The translations under genes and the position numbers were made by a program. 10,522 nucleotides of DNA from Candidatus Aenigmatarchaeota archaeon (GTDB taxonomy: Archaea > Aenigmatarchaeota > Aenigmatarchaeia > CG10238-14 > SpSt-28): positions 1 through 10,522 of the forward strand of contig JAWBMD010000019.1 of the NCBI GenBank assembly GCA_039000985.1, given 5' to 3'. This document shows positions 7,965 through 10,522 of this stretch, piece after piece. The stretch's first letter is position 1, and every line of letters begins with the position of its first letter. The notes beneath the pieces are model-generated. The model was not told the origin of the DNA and did no database searches. It saw nothing but the letters and a program-made list of their open reading frames with translations.

Positions 7965-9352
7965 AAATAAAATCACAAATTTCTTTATATGTTATTATAT
8001 ATAGCGGAATAGCAATTTTTCTTTTATCTGGTTTTTTAATTTGGATACAAGCTTTTATTTTAAATACGCAAAGGGAAATTATAAAAAAGAAATTATTTGC
8101 TGTTGCTGAAAGTGGAATAGAATATTATAGATGGCATTTGGCCCATGCCCCTCAAGATTTTACGGATGGCACAAATAGACCAGGTCCTTATGAACATATT
8201 TTTTATGACAGATTCGGAAATTCAATAGGTAAATTTATACTAGATATTACACCACCTCCGGTTGGTTCAACAATAGTTAAAATAAAATCATCTGGTATTT
8301 TAAATGAATTTCCTAATGTTGAAAAATCTATTTTAGTTACACTCGGTATACCTTCTTTTGCAAAATATTCAGTGGTAGTAAATGATAATATTAGGTTCGG
8401 TGAGGGAACAGAGGTATATGGAGAAATTCATTCAAATCAAGGAATAAGATTTGATGGAGTTGCTTATAATTTGGTCTCTAGTGCTCTGACAACATATGAT
8501 GATCCCGATCACACCGGTCCTCAAGAATGGGCTGTTCATACCCATAAAAATCCTGTAGATCCTCTACCACCAACTCCATATCCACAAAGACCTGATGTTT
8601 TTAAAGCAGGAAGATTAGTAGGAGTTCCAAGGGTTGACTTTAATGGAATTACTTATGATTTGGCTAAAATAAAATTAGAAGCCCAAACAAATGGAGTTTA
8701 TATAGGACCTTCTAATAGTTATGGGTATGAAATTATCTTAAAGCCAGATGGTACTTTTGATTTATACAAGGTTACAAGAGTATATTCTGATTGCGATAAT
8801 CCTTCTTGGAGCATAAGAAATAAAACTTTTATTAGAAATTATCAAATCCCTCAAAATGGAACAATTTTCATTGAAGATCATGTATGGGTGAGTGGTCAAA
8901 TAAAAAATAAAAGAGTTTTAATAGGAGCAGGAAAGTTTCCAGATATAGAATCGGAACGAAAAAATATAATAATAAATCAAAACTTAACTTATTCAAACTA
9001 TAATGGAGATGATGTGATAGGTCTTATTGCTCAAAATAATGTTTTAGTAGGCTTAAAGAGCTTGGATAATTTAAAAATAGATGCAGCTTTAATTGCTCAA
9101 AATGGGTTTGTAGGTCGTTTATATTATTCTTCTTTATGTGGTTCAGAATACCTTAGAAACTCCATAACTATATATGGTATGATAGGAACTAATAAAAGAT
9201 ATGGCTTTGCTTGGGTTTGTGGTAACATCCATTGTTCTGGATACAAATACAGAACATTAATATATGATGCAAATTTATTGTATGGACCACCTCCTTATTT
9301 TCCATTATCTACTTCCTTTTATGAAGTTTTAAAGTGGTTAGAGTTGAAATAG
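7961..9352 (+). CDS. PilX/GspK-like minor pilin with extended beta-rich C-terminal domain
   Basis: Short basic leader, hydrophobic helix lacking Glu+5, and the PilX N-terminal motif LFAVAESGIEY. The C-terminal region is beta-rich and ends YDANLLYGPPPYFP...WLE. Confidence 0.75.
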   Translation: MKIKSQISLYVIIYSGIAIFLLSGFLIWIQAFILNTQREIIKKKLFAVAESGIEYYRWHLAHAPQDFTDGTNRPGPYEHIFYDRFGNSIGKFILDITPPPVGSTIVKIKSSGILNEFPNVEKSILVTLGIPSFAKYSVVVNDNIRFGEGTEVYGEIHSNQGIRFDGVAYNLVSSALTTYDDPDHTGPQEWAVHTHKNPVDPLPPTPYPQRPDVFKAGRLVGVPRVDFNGITYDLAKIKLEAQTNGVYIGPSNSYGYEIILKPDGTFDLYKVTRVYSDCDNPSWSIRNKTFIRNYQIPQNGTIFIEDHVWVSGQIKNKRVLIGAGKFPDIESERKNIIINQNLTYSNYNGDDVIGLIAQNNVLVGLKSLDNLKIDAALIAQNGFVGRLYYSSLCGSEYLRNSITIYGMIGTNKRYGFAWVCGNIHCSGYKYRTLIYDANLLYGPPPYFPLSTSFYEVLKWLELK

Positions 9353-9365
9353 TTATCCACTATTT

Positions 9366-9396
9366 TTGGTTTTTCTAAAAAATACTATATTATAAT
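9366..9396 (+). promoter_or_regulatory. Probable sigma70-type promoter for the major pilin gene
   Basis: Perfect TATAAT at 9391-9396 (overlapping TATTAT at 9388-9393) and a weak -35 candidate TTGGTT at 9366-9371, in the only sizeable intergenic gap. The AT-rich context lowers specificity. Confidence 0.45.
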
Positions 9397-9449
9397 TAAA
9401 TATTAAATTAACTTGGTCGAAATTAAGTTTTAAAAATTAAAAATATATA

Positions 9450-9899
9450 ATGAAAAATAAAAAGGCTTTTACCTTAATTGAGGTTTTGCTTGTTATAGGT
9501 ATAATAATTTTGCTTGCAGGAGCAATAATAGTAGCTGTAAACCCTGGTCGACAATTTGCTAAAGCAAGAAACACACAAAGAAAAACAGATACAACTGCTA
9601 TTTTGAATGCAATTGTTCAGAATATGGTTGATAATCAAGGAGCTTGGAAATGTGATGCTGTACCGGAATTACCATCTTCTACAACTTTGATTGCTACTCC
9701 AGGAGGAGTTGACCTAGCTTCTTGTTTGGTTCCTACTTATCTTCCAAGAATGCCTTTAGACCCACAAAGAGGAACGATTAATACAACTACAGGCGAATAT
9801 AATACTCAATATAACATAAGATATGATCCAGCTTCTGGTAGATTAGAGGTTTGTGCTCCTTATGCAGAACTTGGTGAAACTATTTGTACATCTAAATAA
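9450..9899 (+). CDS. Major type IV pilin (prepilin)
   Basis: MKNKKA|FTLIEVLLVIGIIILLAGAIIVAVNP...KARNTQRKTD, later YLPRMPLDP, four Cys, 149 aa. Has its own upstream intergenic region. Confidence 0.9.
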   Translation: MKNKKAFTLIEVLLVIGIIILLAGAIIVAVNPGRQFAKARNTQRKTDTTAILNAIVQNMVDNQGAWKCDAVPELPSSTTLIATPGGVDLASCLVPTYLPRMPLDPQRGTINTTTGEYNTQYNIRYDPASGRLEVCAPYAELGETICTSK

Positions 9900-10522
9900 T
9901 TGAAAGGAAATATTTGTAAGCTTGAATAGGATTTTCCTTACTAAAAATTGCATTTCCTATTATTATGTAATCAATTGAATTTTTATAGTTCAAAAAAATT
10001 TTTAAGTTTTCTTCATTTATTCCCCCATCTACTAATATTTTTTTGAGGTTTTTGTATTGCTCTTTAAACTTTATTGCGTTTTCTAACCTGCTGAAGGTAT
10101 TTTCTAAAAGGCTTTGACCAGATTTGCCGGGGTGAACACCTAAAATTAAAATTCCATTTACATAGCTTAAAAATTCTTTAATGAATTCTGTTTCTATATG
10201 TGGTGACCATGCTATTATTATTTCTTTTTTTAATTTTTTAGCAAATTTTAATAAAGCAAAAGGAAGATTACATCCTTCAAAATGAAGTATTAAAATTTTA
10301 ATTCTTTCATTATTCCATTTTAGTATTTCTTGGGGTTTTAATTGAACCATCAAATGAACATGTAGTTTTAAGTTTTCATCTAATCTTTCCAATTCTTTTG
10401 GATTTTGCCAAGTTTGATAGTCTGTAAAGCCTAAAGACGAGATATCTATATGAAACTCAGCTGTTAAAGCTTTTAGTGATTCTATTCTTCTTTTTGCTTC
10501 TTCAAAGTTTTCTGTATTTATT
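9892..10522 (-). CDS. rpe: Ribulose-phosphate 3-epimerase, 5' end just outside the window
   Basis: Frame stays open from 10392 to the window edge (INTENFEEAKRRIESLKALTAEFHIDISSLGFTDYQTWQNPKELERL...). Metal-ligand motifs HID, HVHLM and VDGGI, plus GVHPGKSGQ and IGNAIF. Stop TAG at 9894-9892. Confidence 0.87.
   Translation of the reverse strand, partial: INTENFEEAKRRIESLKALTAEFHIDISSLGFTDYQTWQNPKELERLDENLKLHVHLMVQLKPQEILKWNNERIKILILHFEGCNLPFALLKFAKKLKKEIIIAWSPHIETEFIKEFLSYVNGILILGVHPGKSGQSLLENTFSRLENAIKFKEQYKNLKKILVDGGINEENLKIFLNYKNSIDYIIIGNAIFSKENPIQAYKYFLSII

Noticed and set aside
9353..9449. Replication origin in the AT-rich intergenic gap
   Set aside because: Only one imperfect DnaA box in 97 bp and no dnaA/dnaN context.
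10390..10392. TTG start for rpe at 10392
   Set aside because: The frame is open to the window edge and includes the essential HID motif upstream.
1..10522. CRISPR arrays, tRNA/rRNA, IS elements, intrinsic terminators
   Set aside because: The window is almost entirely coding; I saw no spaced repeats, transposase or integrase motifs, or GC-rich stem plus U-tract.

Overview
AT-rich, very gene-dense bacterial window read with the standard code (TGA occurs only as a stop). Nine + strand genes run almost without gaps. A 5'-truncated GT4 glycosyltransferase and a GH57 amylase-family gene lead directly into a type IV filament (pilus/pseudopilus) cluster. The cluster comprises a short PilB/GspE ATPase, a short PilC/GspF platform protein, a ~586-aa minor pilin carrying beta-sandwich domains, a secreted C-terminally membrane-anchored protein with two FN3-like repeats, a PilW/GspJ-like minor pilin, a PilX-like protein and, after the only real intergenic gap (97 bp, probable promoter), a major pilin. 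A 5'-truncated rpe converges on the - strand. The pilin style, compactness and lack of clear Shine-Dalgarno motifs suggest a Patescibacteria (CPR/Parcubacteria-like) source; this is inference only. No RNA genes, CRISPR arrays or mobile elements were seen. The core machinery is a known family. What looks unusual is the accessory tip/surface proteins, the trimmed motor pair and the coupling to alpha-glucan genes.
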